DNA from: an uncultured Bacillota bacterium
GTDB lineage: Bacteria > Bacillota_I > Bacilli_A > RFN20 > CAG-826
NCBI GenBank assembly: GCA_949287245.1
Contig: CASEFL010000002.1
Span: forward strand, 14,350-78,349
Length of the DNA: 64,000 bases
Direction: 5' to 3'
Within the stretch, counting starts at the first letter, position 1; each line of letters opens with the position of its first letter. The notes under the pieces are model-generated. The model had not been told where the DNA came from. It searched no databases and worked only from the letters and a program-made list of their open reading frames with translations. The position numbers were made by a program, and so were the translations under genes. Positions 19,125 through 28,747 of the stretch are shown here, in pieces.

Positions 19125-21757
19125 TATTCTACCTCATCAGGAGTAGGGTTATGAAGGGAAGAGGTGTCTTCTTGCCCGCTTTCTAAGCTAGGATTTATTT
19201 CCTCTTCTACTATCACTTCCTCTTCGTTTTCTTCTTGATGAGGGAGAATGGTTAAAGAGGCAACTTTTTGCCGACCTTCTAACCGAATAATCTTTACTCC
19301 TTGGGTATTTCTGCCGGCAATTTTCACTTGACTTAAAGGAGTGCGAATAACAATTCCTTGGGTGGTGATGACCATTAAATCTTCATCTCCTTGGACAGCG
19401 CGCATAGCGGTCAATTCGCCATTTTTCTCGCCCATCTTTAAAGATAAAACACCTTTTGCTCCACGGGAAGTTAAACGATACCCATCGTAATGATGACTTG
19501 TCCCGTCTTCATCAACAACCGTTGTGTCTTTCGCATAACTAATTTTTCCATACCCTTTATCGGTAAGAACTAAAATGCGATCTCCTTCTAAGGAGGTTGT
19601 AATATCAACGGCGCGTTCACCTTCTCCTAGCGAAATTCCTTTCACTCCAGCAGCACTTCTCCCCATAGAGCGAACATCTTCTTCATGGAAACTACAAACT
19701 CTTCCTGATGAAGAGGCAAGGGAAATAATTGCTGCGCCGTTTGTTCTTTTTACATCTAAAAGGGCATCTTCTTCTTTTAAGGTTAATGCTCGTTTTCCGT
19801 TAACGTTAATGCGTTCAAACTCTTGTAGAGGTGTGCGTTTTACTACTCCATTTACGCTAGCAAAGAATAAATAATCGCTTTCTGGGTAGTCATCGCAAGC
19901 AACAATAGAAACAATTTTTTCTTCTTCCTCTAATTTTAATAAGTTAACAATTGGTAAACCTTTCGCATCACGCGACCCTTCAGGAAGAGCGTATCCTCTC
20001 ATTCGATAAACTTTTCCTAAAGAAGAGAAGAAAAGAAGGTCCGTATGGGTTTTTGTGTGCACAAGAATGTTTACCATATCTCCTGCTGTTGTTTTAATAC
20101 CTGTTACCCCTCTTCCTCCACGATTTTGGGTTCTAAAGGTATCATCATCCATTCTTTTGATATAGCCATTCTTTGTTAAAACAACAACAATGTCTTTTTC
20201 AGGAATTAAAGATTCTGAGTCAATATCCGCAAGTTCGTTACTAATTTCTGTTAAACGCTTATCTCCATATTTTCTCTTAATCTCACTGATTTCTTGAATA
20301 AAGAGATCAACAATATTTTCTCGAGAAGATAAAAGATTTTGATAACCAGCAATGGTGGCTTTTAATTCATTTAATTCTCCACGAAGTTTTTCTTGTTCTA
20401 GGCCTTGCAAACGTCTAAGTGTCATTGCCAAAATCGCTTGGCATTGATCTTCTGTTAATCCAAATCGTTCCCCTAAACGAGAAATAGATTCTTCATCGTT
20501 ATTTGAATTACGAATAATTGAGATAACCTCATCAATTTCATCGTGAGCAATAATTAAGCCTTCAACAATGTGTGAACGTTTTGCGTCACGATTTAAACGA
20601 TATTTTGTTCTTCTTGTTAATACATCTATTTGGAAATCGATGTAATTTTGAAGAAGTTCTTTCATTCCTAAAGTTTTTGGTTCACCTTTGACTAAGCAAA
20701 GATTAATTACTCCAAAATTCACTTGTAATTGAGTGTGTTTTAAAAGGTTATTCATCACAACTTCAGGAATAAAGCCATGTTTAATTTCAATAATGACACG
20801 AATCCCTGCTTTATTCGATTCATCTCGTAAATCAGAAATCCCGTCAATCACTTTATCGCGAACAAGTTTCGCAATTTCTTCAACCATTGCACTCTTATTC
20901 ACTTGATAAGGGATTTCACTCACAATAATTCTTGAACGCCCGTTTGTAGTTTCTTCAATCTCATAACGAGAACGAATAGAAAAGGTGCCGACACCGGTTT
21001 CAAAATAATCGTGAATACCTTTTCTTCCTAAAAGAATTCCTCCTGTAGGAAAATCAGGTCCCGGTAAATATTGTTGCATAATTTCTAATGCACTTAATTC
21101 AGGGTTTTTTGCTAAGGCAACTAAAGCATCAATTGTCTCAGAAAGATTGTGAGGAGGCATGTTTGTTGCCATACCAACAGCAATCCCTTGGGCACCATTG
21201 ACAATAAGATTTGGGAAACGAGACGGCAAGACAACTGGTTCTTTTTCTGTACCGTCATAATTGTCCATCCAATCTACCGTATCTTCATCTAAATCACGGA
21301 CCATTTCGGTTGCTAAACGCGCCATTCTTGCTTCGGTATAACGCATGGCCGCTGCTTCATCTCCGTCAATTGAACCAAAGTTCCCGTGTCCATCCACAAG
21401 GGGATAACGCAAAGAGAATCCTTGCGCCATACGAACAAGAGTTAAATACAAAGCGGAGTCGCCATGAGGGTGAAAACGCCCCATCACATCACCAACTACT
21501 TTCGCGCATTTTCGATAAGGCTTTCCTGGTAGCATTCCTGTATTTTGCATACCATAAATGACCCGTCTTTGTACTGGCTTTAAACCATCACATACATCAG
21601 GAATAGCTCGTGATGTAATTACCGACATCGAGTAGGCTAAGAAAGCAGACCGAACCTCTTCAACAATTTCTCGGTCACTTAAACCGGTATCAATTCCTGC
21701 TTTAGGAAGATCATCAGTCTCTTCTACAACTTGCTCTTTTTTCTCTTCATCTTTCAT
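19124..21757 (-). CDS. gyrA: DNA gyrase subunit A
   Basis: DGLKPVQRR, HPHGD, AAMRYTE, GyrA-box QNRGGRG. Confidence 0.98.
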   Translation of the reverse strand: MKDEEKKEQVVEETDDLPKAGIDTGLSDREIVEEVRSAFLAYSMSVITSRAIPDVCDGLKPVQRRVIYGMQNTGMLPGKPYRKCAKVVGDVMGRFHPHGDSALYLTLVRMAQGFSLRYPLVDGHGNFGSIDGDEAAAMRYTEARMARLATEMVRDLDEDTVDWMDNYDGTEKEPVVLPSRFPNLIVNGAQGIAVGMATNMPPHNLSETIDALVALAKNPELSALEIMQQYLPGPDFPTGGILLGRKGIHDYFETGVGTFSIRSRYEIEETTNGRSRIIVSEIPYQVNKSAMVEEIAKLVRDKVIDGISDLRDESNKAGIRVIIEIKHGFIPEVVMNNLLKHTQLQVNFGVINLCLVKGEPKTLGMKELLQNYIDFQIDVLTRRTKYRLNRDAKRSHIVEGLIIAHDEIDEVISIIRNSNNDEESISRLGERFGLTEDQCQAILAMTLRRLQGLEQEKLRGELNELKATIAGYQNLLSSRENIVDLFIQEISEIKRKYGDKRLTEISNELADIDSESLIPEKDIVVVLTKNGYIKRMDDDTFRTQNRGGRGVTGIKTTAGDMVNILVHTKTHTDLLFFSSLGKVYRMRGYALPEGSRDAKGLPIVNLLKLEEEEKIVSIVACDDYPESDYLFFASVNGVVKRTPLQEFERINVNGKRALTLKEEDALLDVKRTNGAAIISLASSSGRVCSFHEEDVRSMGRSAAGVKGISLGEGERAVDITTSLEGDRILVLTDKGYGKISYAKDTTVVDEDGTSHHYDGYRLTSRGAKGVLSLKMGEKNGELTAMRAVQGDEDLMVITTQGIVIRTPLSQVKIAGRNTQGVKIIRLEGRQKVASLTILPHQEENEEEVIVEEEINPSLESGQEDTSSLHNPTPDEVE

Positions 21758-21769
21758 AATCTAGCCTCC

Positions 21770-23812
21770 TTAAATATCCAAATTCTCCGCAAAACGGGCA
21801 TTTTCGGAAATAAATTGCTTTCTTGGTAAAACATCTTCACCCATTAAATCACTAAAGATTTTCTCTGCTTGTGCAGCATCATCAACAGTAATACGAATCA
21901 TTTTTCGCACCTCAGGATTCATTGTTGTCTCCCAAAGTTGTTCTGGATTCATTTCTCCTAATCCTTTATAACGTTGGACAGGGTGACCATCTTTTAACTG
22001 TAAAGCGCGTTTAAGTTTTTCTAATTCTAAATCGTTATAAGCGTAGTAAGCACTGCCTTTATAATCCACTTTGTAAAGAGGGGGTTGTGCAATGTACACA
22101 TATCCCCCTTCAATTAATGGGCGCATAAAGCGGTAGAAGAAAGTTAAAAGCAAAATACGGATATGATCGCCATCAACATCAGCATCGGTCATGATCACAA
22201 TTTTATGATAACGAATCTTTGTGGCGTCAAAATTTTCACGAATCCCGCCGCCAATTGCTTGAATCATATTTCCGATTTCAACGTTTTTAAAAATGTGTTC
22301 TTCTCTTGCTTTTTCAACGTTTAAAATTTTTCCTCTTAAAGGAAGAACCGCTTGTGTTTCCCGGTCACGGCCATTTTTAGCGGAACCTCCTGCGGAATTT
22401 CCCTCAACAATATAAAGTTCACATTTTTCTGGATCTCGAGAAGAACAGTCCGCCAATTTTCCTGGTAAAGAGGAAATTCCTAAAGCATCTTTTCTTGCTG
22501 TTTCTCTTGCTTTTTGTGCGGCAATTCTGCCTCTTGCAGCAAGTTTTGCTTTTTCAATAATCGCTTTTCCTGCTACCGGATGCTCCATAAGGTATTGCAT
22601 AAGTTGTGTGCCAACAATCGAAGAAACGATTTTTCGGACTTCACTATTCCCTAATTTTGTTTTTGTTTGCCCTTCATATTGTGGGTTTGGATGTTTAGCA
22701 GAAATAACGCAAGTTAACCCTTCACGACAATCGTCGGTAGTAAGATTAGGATCTTTCTCACTTAAGAGTTTCATTTTTCGTGCATAATCATTTAATGTGC
22801 GATTTAAGGCAAGATTAAACCCTTCAACATGGGTACCACCTTCTTTTGTGGAAATGTTGTTACAGAAAGAATAAATTCCATCAGTAGTGTAATAATCTGT
22901 CCACTGCATGGCAATTTCTGCATAAATCCTTAATTCCTCACCGCCAACAAGAGTAACTTGTTCGGCTCCTTGACAATAAATAACATCAGGATTTATGGCA
23001 TTCTTTCCGGAATTGATAAAGGAAACATATTCACGAATTCCTCCGTTATAAAGGAAAGATTCTTGTAAGTTTGGTTCTACACGAGAATCAGTAATAGAAA
23101 TCTCTACTCCACCATTTAAAAAAGCCATTTGCCGTAAATGATTTTTAATGGTTTCGTATTGATAATGAGTTGTTTCGGTAAAAATAGTAGGATCAGGCTT
23201 AAAAGTTACTTTTGTTCCATGTTCTTCATTAGAAACATCACCAATTCTTTCTAAATGTTCAACGATATTTCCGCCATTTTCAAAACGAGTGCGATATAAG
23301 CCGCCTTCTTTTGCCACTTCAACTTCACACCAAGAAGATAAAGCATTGACAACAGAGGCACCAACACCATGTAGTCCACCAGACACTTTATATCCGCCGC
23401 CACTTCCGAATTTGCCACCAGCGTGAAGAATAGTAAAGGCTGTTTCAACACCCGATAACCCTGAATCATGAACGATATCAACAGGAATTCCCCGCCCATT
23501 ATCCGTTACCGTGATTGATTCATCTTTATTAATGATGACGTTTATTTTTGTGCAGTACCCTGCTAAAGCTTCATCAATTGCATTATCAACAATCTCCCAT
23601 ACTAAATGGTGAAGACCAGCAGAGGCTGTTGTTCCAATATACATTCCCGGTCTTTTGCGAACTGGTTCTAAGCCTTGTAAAACTTGAATGTTTTCAGCAG
23701 TATAAAGTTCATCTGCCTTTTCGATGGTTCGCTCGTTGGTTGGAACTTCTACTTGTCCATAAGTAATTCCATCTTCCTTCTCAACGACAGAATCTTTTTT
23801 CTCTTCTTCCAT
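21770..23812 (-). CDS. gyrB: DNA gyrase subunit B
   Basis: VRKRPGMYIG, EIVDNAIDE, VEGNSAGG, PLRGK, MTDADVDG, YKGLGEM. Confidence 0.98.
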   Translation of the reverse strand: MEEEKKDSVVEKEDGITYGQVEVPTNERTIEKADELYTAENIQVLQGLEPVRKRPGMYIGTTASAGLHHLVWEIVDNAIDEALAGYCTKINVIINKDESITVTDNGRGIPVDIVHDSGLSGVETAFTILHAGGKFGSGGGYKVSGGLHGVGASVVNALSSWCEVEVAKEGGLYRTRFENGGNIVEHLERIGDVSNEEHGTKVTFKPDPTIFTETTHYQYETIKNHLRQMAFLNGGVEISITDSRVEPNLQESFLYNGGIREYVSFINSGKNAINPDVIYCQGAEQVTLVGGEELRIYAEIAMQWTDYYTTDGIYSFCNNISTKEGGTHVEGFNLALNRTLNDYARKMKLLSEKDPNLTTDDCREGLTCVISAKHPNPQYEGQTKTKLGNSEVRKIVSSIVGTQLMQYLMEHPVAGKAIIEKAKLAARGRIAAQKARETARKDALGISSLPGKLADCSSRDPEKCELYIVEGNSAGGSAKNGRDRETQAVLPLRGKILNVEKAREEHIFKNVEIGNMIQAIGGGIRENFDATKIRYHKIVIMTDADVDGDHIRILLLTFFYRFMRPLIEGGYVYIAQPPLYKVDYKGSAYYAYNDLELEKLKRALQLKDGHPVQRYKGLGEMNPEQLWETTMNPEVRKMIRITVDDAAQAEKIFSDLMGEDVLPRKQFISENARFAENLDI

Positions 23813-23832
23813 ATTTAAGCCTCCTATTGAGA

Positions 23833-24867
23833 TTAAAGGGTAATTGTTTTTGAGCCATAAATATGCGGCTCTGTTCCAGTTAGAAAGGTTTGTCCTAGCT
23901 GCGGGAGAAATTTTGCTAAATTCGCTCCATGTTTTGCGTCAAGTTCCCCGAAGACATCATCAAGAATTGCTACTGGCTTTTTCTCTTCAGAAAATAAAAG
24001 AGAAGGGGAAATTTTAAGTGCCAACGCTAAAAGTCGACCCTCTCCTTGGGAAGCAAAATTGCTTGCCTCTTTTTCATCTAGCATAACCATAAAGTCTTCA
24101 CGATGCGGTCCAACTTGTGTCATTCCAGCAAGACGATCACGTTCTTTATATTTTTCATAAAGAGTAATTGCTTTCTCTTCAAAGTTTTCCTCTTCTAAGA
24201 AAGGTCGATAAAGAAGTGAAACGGTTCTCTTTTCTCCAAAAAGAGCGTTTGCAGTCTTTTTGAATAAAGGCTCAAGTTGAGAAAGGAACTTTTTTCGATA
24301 AGAAACAATAACTTTTTCTTCTTTAATGAGTTGTTTTGTTAATGTTTCTAGCATTAATTCATCCTTAATGCTTTTTAATACAGCATTTCTTTCTAGCAAA
24401 AGATGACGGAACGATCGTAGAGCCATTAAGTATTCAGGAGAAATTTTTGCAAGACTCTCATCAAGGAAGAGGCGTCTCACCCCTGGAGAAGCACGGAAGA
24501 AGTGAGTATCTTCTGGAGTGAACAAGACGGTATTAAACATTCCTGATAACTCCGATAAACGAGAAAGAGGAGAACTATTAATTAGAACAGCACGCCCACT
24601 TTCTTTTAGGATAATCTCAATCTTCTTAGAAATTCCTGCTTCTTCAATTTCTCCTTTGATGTAAGCTTCTTTTGTTCCGAATTCAAGCATGTTCTTTATC
24701 TCGTTTGTCCGCCAACTTCTAGCAAGAGACAAAAGATAAATCGCTTCGACAAGATTGCTTTTTCCTGTTCCATTCCCTCCAACAATTTCATTTACTTGAG
24801 GAGAAAAGGAAACGGATAAGCGATGGTGGTTTCGGAACTGACGAAGTGCGAGAGTTTTAAGAATCAT
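23833..24867 (-). CDS. recF: DNA replication/repair protein RecF
   Basis: GGNGTGKSN, GPHRED, SQGE, LDDVFGELD; dnaN-yaaA-recF-gyrB synteny. Confidence 0.96.
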   Translation of the reverse strand: MILKTLALRQFRNHHRLSVSFSPQVNEIVGGNGTGKSNLVEAIYLLSLARSWRTNEIKNMLEFGTKEAYIKGEIEEAGISKKIEIILKESGRAVLINSSPLSRLSELSGMFNTVLFTPEDTHFFRASPGVRRLFLDESLAKISPEYLMALRSFRHLLLERNAVLKSIKDELMLETLTKQLIKEEKVIVSYRKKFLSQLEPLFKKTANALFGEKRTVSLLYRPFLEEENFEEKAITLYEKYKERDRLAGMTQVGPHREDFMVMLDEKEASNFASQGEGRLLALALKISPSLLFSEEKKPVAILDDVFGELDAKHGANLAKFLPQLGQTFLTGTEPHIYGSKTITL

Positions 24868-25094
24868 TCTTCTTTTTCTTCAAGAAGAAGAATTTCTTCA
24901 AAAATTTTGATTTCATCACCTTTGTGAAGTTTTCTTCCTCTTCTTGTTTCTTTTTCTCCATTCACAAAAACATCATTACAAGCAAGGAAAGTTTTTGCCT
25001 CCCCTCCTTCTTGAATGATGTCAGCAAACTTTATTAGTTGCCCTAAGGTAATTTCCTTAGTGTGAATTTTAATAATTGTTCTTTTTGGCTCCAC
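24864..25094 (-). CDS. yaaA: S4-domain RNA-binding protein YaaA
   Basis: ITLGQLIK...GGEAK...VNGEKETRRGRKL; synteny. Confidence 0.93.
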   Translation of the reverse strand: MEPKRTIIKIHTKEITLGQLIKFADIIQEGGEAKTFLACNDVFVNGEKETRRGRKLHKGDEIKIFEEILLLEEKEE

Positions 25095-25135
25095 GTTATT
25101 ATTTTACTACGTAGTAGTAAAAAAGACTAGCAAAG

Positions 25136-25160
25136 AAAAAGAGACGCTTAAAGCGCCTCT
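25136..25160 (-). terminator. Terminator after dnaN
   Basis: Minus strand AGAGGCGC-TTTAA-GCGTCTCT-TTTT. Confidence 0.7.
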
Positions 25161-25180
25161 AAAATGATTTTTACTTCAAT

Positions 25181-26311
25181 TTATCTCGTCTTCATTGGTG
25201 TGATAATTTCTAAAATACTATCATCATCTGGATTTCGTAAAACAAAGGGTTTCATTTCCCCAAGGAAACTAATAGTAATGGATTCTGAACCTAAAACACG
25301 GATGGCCGCAGTCATGTAATCACAATTCATTGCTACTGTTAATGGATTCCCACTAAATTCAAAAGTTTCAATCGCTTCTGTTGCCGCACCGTTAGCATCA
25401 GAAGAAGAAGATACAGTAAGAGAGTCTTGATCCATTGTTAAACGGACAACTTTTGTTTTTTCATTAATAAGTAAAACAGATACACGTTCTAAAGCGGCGA
25501 TAAGCTGCCGCGAAGAAACGTCTAAATGACGGGTAAAAGATCCAGCAGAATAATTAGGAGAAGCAGGGAAAGCGCCGCTAATTAACCGGGTAGTGACAAC
25601 GGTGTTTCCAAAAGAGAATACCGCACGATCTTCGCCGGCAGAAAAATATACCTCACCCACGCCATCAAACATTCGCACAATTTCTTTTAATGCATCAGCA
25701 GGAATGTTTGCTTTTAAACTTAACTCTGGATCGCAAGGGATTGATTTTTTTGATAGACGAGCGCCATCTGTGCCAATGGCAGTAAGTGTTCCGTTTGAAG
25801 CAGTTAAATTAATTCCTCGCAAACTCGCATAAAGAAGTCTTGTTCCTGAAGCGGCAGCAAAGGCGGTATCATCAACAAGTTCAATTAAGGTTGGCGCTGG
25901 TAAAATAAAAGGAGTACCAGCCGGCTCTAAATCAATATCTGGATATTCTTCTGCATCAATGCATCGTGGTTCAAATTTTGTTTTGCCTGAAATTAACCGT
26001 GAATAATCTCCATCAATAACTTCAAAAGTTACTTCTTCTGATTCTAGACGACGGATAATGTCGTTAAATAAGCGCGCTGAAACAAGTGTTGATCCCTCAG
26101 TAGTATCTTTTAAAACGATTTCGCCATTGACTTCAAAAGGAATATAAGTCCAAATTGAGATACTTCCATTGCTTGCTGTTAGTTCTAATCCTTTTGAAGA
26201 AACTTCCATTTTATAATTTTGTAATAAATTATTTGCGGTAAGACTAGGAATTGCTCTAGAGGCGATATTAACGGCTTTTGCTAATTGTTCTCGTTTAATG
26301 GTGAATCTCAT
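25181..26311 (-). CDS. dnaN: DNA polymerase III beta clamp
   Basis: MRFTIKRE, TDGARL, RLISGAFP, C-terminal ITPMKT; follows dnaA. Confidence 0.97.
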   Translation of the reverse strand: MRFTIKREQLAKAVNIASRAIPSLTANNLLQNYKMEVSSKGLELTASNGSISIWTYIPFEVNGEIVLKDTTEGSTLVSARLFNDIIRRLESEEVTFEVIDGDYSRLISGKTKFEPRCIDAEEYPDIDLEPAGTPFILPAPTLIELVDDTAFAAASGTRLLYASLRGINLTASNGTLTAIGTDGARLSKKSIPCDPELSLKANIPADALKEIVRMFDGVGEVYFSAGEDRAVFSFGNTVVTTRLISGAFPASPNYSAGSFTRHLDVSSRQLIAALERVSVLLINEKTKVVRLTMDQDSLTVSSSSDANGAATEAIETFEFSGNPLTVAMNCDYMTAAIRVLGSESITISFLGEMKPFVLRNPDDDSILEIITPMKTR

Positions 26312-26329
26312 ATGCGCTCCTTGTTCTTT

Positions 26330-26397
26330 ATTATTTTATTCTTTTTAATTAATAGTAATAATAAGCTTATCGAAATTGTGGATAACTTTGTGGATAA
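26330..26397 (-). other. oriC unwinding region: two DnaA boxes, DnaA-trios and AT-rich tract
   Basis: TTATCCACA (minus strand) at 26377-26385 and 26389-26397, followed by TTATTATTACTATTAA trio-like repeats and an AT-rich tract, in the dnaA-dnaN gap. Confidence 0.88.
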
Positions 26398-26443
26398 CTC
26401 ACTTTTAACTATTTTTACATTTCCCACAAAAAAGTAGATTTTA

Positions 26444-27802
26444 TCAAAGTTTTAACTTTGCCTCTAAACGTTTCACGGCACGGGCTAACTCGGGGTCATC
26501 TTTCAACGATTTTTCCACTTTTTCTACACCATTAATCACAGTTGTGTGGTCGCGTCCTCCTAACGCTGCCCCAATTTTGGCAAACGGGGCATCTAAAAGA
26601 TCACGACATATATACATAGTGATATGTCTTGCTAAGGCAACTTGAGCTGTACGAATTTTGCTAGTTAATTGGCTTATCGTTAAACCGTAATAAGTAGCGA
26701 CAGTTGAAATCACCTTTTCGATTGAAAGAGTTTGTAAATCGTCACGAACTTCTGCTAGAGGATTTACAGCAGCAACAGCAGTTTTTAAATCAATATGTTT
26801 TGTGGGGGCTAAATTCACAGCATGGAACAAAAGCCTTGCAAAAGCCCCTTCTAATTCACGAATATTTTTACCAAATTTATCTGCAAAATAAGTAATAACC
26901 TCAGGATCAAACATATCAATATTTAAATTGTTTGCCTCGATTTTTAACTTTAAAATCGTTTCACAAACCTCTCGTTCAGGGGCGCTAATAGAAAAAGGCA
27001 ATCCTTGAACAAAACGGGTTTTGAGGCGGTCGCTTAATCCATCAATTTTGTATGGATGCTGATCACTGGTTAAAACAATTTGTTTTCCTGAAGAGTAGAA
27101 CGCATTAAAAATCGAAAAGAACGTTTCTTCCGTACTAGGTTTTTTGGCAAAAAACTGGATATCATCGACTAAAAGAACGTCAACGTTGTTTGTGAACCAA
27201 TCCGTAAAAGATGTAGTTTTTTCACCCCGTAAATAACGGGTATATTCTTCAACAAAATCATGACTTGTGATGTATAAAGCACGTAAGTCTGGTCTTTTCT
27301 CACGGATAGCGTTTCCTATTGCCTGCAATAGATGTGTTTTTCCAAGACCAGAGTCTCCATAAATTAAAATTGGGTTATACAATTCACCGGGTCGTTCGGA
27401 AGCGATTAAAGAGGCTTGATAAGCTTCGCGGTTACTGGCACCAGTTACAAAGTTTTTAAAAGTGTAAGAAGAATTAAGGTGTGAAGATGAAAAATAGTCG
27501 TAATTCGCAGTTATTTTTTCTGCTTTTTTAATTTTTTCTTTGGAAATATATTGAACAACAAAGTCGCTTTGCGTCACTTCCTGAAGACATTCGTTGGCTA
27601 AATCAAGAAAAGAAGGAGAAGATAAGGTAGCCTCCGCTAAAGAGGAGTTTGCCACGACATAGACAGTTTTTCCGTCAATATGATCAATATAAGTATCCTG
27701 AAAAAAGGGTTCAAAGAACATGGTGTCTTGTATACGTTCTTTTATTAGTTCTAGTGTTCTGTTCCAAGTTTCAGAAATGGTGGAGTTAGAAATAGCATTC
27801 AT
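26444..27802 (-). CDS. dnaA: Chromosomal replication initiator DnaA
   Basis: YNPILIYGDSGLGKTHLL, LLVDDIQF, NIRELEGA, GGRDHTTV; start trimmed to MNAIS because the upstream extension lies in DnaA boxes. Confidence 0.98.
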   Translation of the reverse strand: MNAISNSTISETWNRTLELIKERIQDTMFFEPFFQDTYIDHIDGKTVYVVANSSLAEATLSSPSFLDLANECLQEVTQSDFVVQYISKEKIKKAEKITANYDYFSSSHLNSSYTFKNFVTGASNREAYQASLIASERPGELYNPILIYGDSGLGKTHLLQAIGNAIREKRPDLRALYITSHDFVEEYTRYLRGEKTTSFTDWFTNNVDVLLVDDIQFFAKKPSTEETFFSIFNAFYSSGKQIVLTSDQHPYKIDGLSDRLKTRFVQGLPFSISAPEREVCETILKLKIEANNLNIDMFDPEVITYFADKFGKNIRELEGAFARLLFHAVNLAPTKHIDLKTAVAAVNPLAEVRDDLQTLSIEKVISTVATYYGLTISQLTSKIRTAQVALARHITMYICRDLLDAPFAKIGAALGGRDHTTVINGVEKVEKSLKDDPELARAVKRLEAKLKL

Positions 27803-27848
27803 AACGCGATTGAGTGTATCACGACACGCGCTCATGTGCGAGATGTTA

Positions 27849-28106
27849 TGTGGATAAGTTAGAGTTATCCACAAATTGTAAAGAGAAAAGAAGCGATATT
27901 AACTACTGAATATGTTTTCCACAAAATTATGCTGTGGATAACTAGATATTTACAAAACTGTGGATAAAATTTTGTGGATAACTTAGCATTTTCTTTGGTT
28001 TATCCACAAAAGTTTTAGTTAAAAACCTTATGTGAAACCGAAATAATTACGATTTTTCCACCAAAATGTGGATAAGTAATCAACAACGCTGTGGATATGT
28101 GGATAA
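27849..28106. promoter_or_regulatory. DnaA-box cluster upstream of dnaA (oriC part)
   Basis: Perfect TTATCCACA/TGTGGATAA at 27849, 27865, 27933, 27959, 27973, 28000, 28067, 28098; mismatched boxes at 27915, 28054, 28090. Confidence 0.95.
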
Positions 28107-28184
28107 CTCTAATAAAAACATAATCTTAAGAATAAGAAAAAATATTTTTTTCTCTCTTCTTACGCGCACACGTGTATATTTATG

Positions 28185-28213
28185 TTGAGTTGGCGAGGTT
28201 CCATTACTATAAT
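28185..28213 (+). promoter_or_regulatory. Sigma-A promoter for rpmH operon
   Basis: TTGAGT-17 nt-TATAAT. Confidence 0.7.
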
Positions 28214-28250
28214 CACCCGCGCTACTAAGCCATTTCGGAGGATTTAAATT

Positions 28251-28385
28251 ATGAAAAAAACGTATCAACCATCAAAAATTAAACATGCTCACGTTGCAGG
28301 GTTCCGTGCTCGCATGGCCACACATAATGGAAGAAAAGTTTTAGCTCGTCGTCGTGCAAAAGGTCGCGCTAGAATCTGCGCCTAA
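28251..28385 (+). CDS. rpmH: 50S ribosomal protein L34 (not in ORF track)
   Basis: [44 protein letters not shown]; GGAGG SD; divergent from dnaA. Confidence 0.98.
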   Translation: MKKTYQPSKIKHAHVAGFRARMATHNGRKVLARRRAKGRARICA

Positions 28386-28419
28386 TTTTTTGTGAGTCTT
28401 TTTAATTAAGGAAGGCGTT

Positions 28420-28746
28420 GTGAAAAAAGAGTTTCGAGTTAAAAAGCATAATGAATTTCTTACCATTAAAAATGTAGGTCGTCGCTTAGTTTCCAATAGT
28501 TTGTATATTTATTACACACAAAATTTGCTTAATCATTCCCGCGTCGGTATTCAAGTTACCAAACGGTGCGGGAATGCCGTTAAAAGAAATCGAATTAAGC
28601 GTCAAATTCGAGCGATATTATCTCAATCCTTCTCCTTTGACAAAAAGATCGATCTTATCATTCTTGTTCGTCCATCTTTCCAAACTGATCAATTTGAAAA
28701 AGAAAAATTGGAATTAATAAAGCTGCTTGGCCAGCTGGAGATATAA
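28420..28746 (+). CDS. rnpA: Ribonuclease P protein component
   Basis: RVGIQVTKRCGNAVKRNRIKR RNR motif. Confidence 0.96.
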   Translation: MKKEFRVKKHNEFLTIKNVGRRLVSNSLYIYYTQNLLNHSRVGIQVTKRCGNAVKRNRIKRQIRAILSQSFSFDKKIDLIILVRPSFQTDQFEKEKLELIKLLGQLEI

Positions 28747-28747
28747 A

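Noticed and set aside
27803-27874. N-terminal extension of the dnaA ORF
   Set aside because: Runs through DnaA boxes and the promoter; more plausible start at 27802
27849-28106. Repeated 9-mers as a possible CRISPR array or iterons
   Set aside because: They are DnaA boxes in both orientations with irregular spacing; no cas or rep genes
28080-28268. 62-aa minus-strand ORF
   Set aside because: Antisense to rpmH and its promoter and overlapping DnaA boxes; no motif
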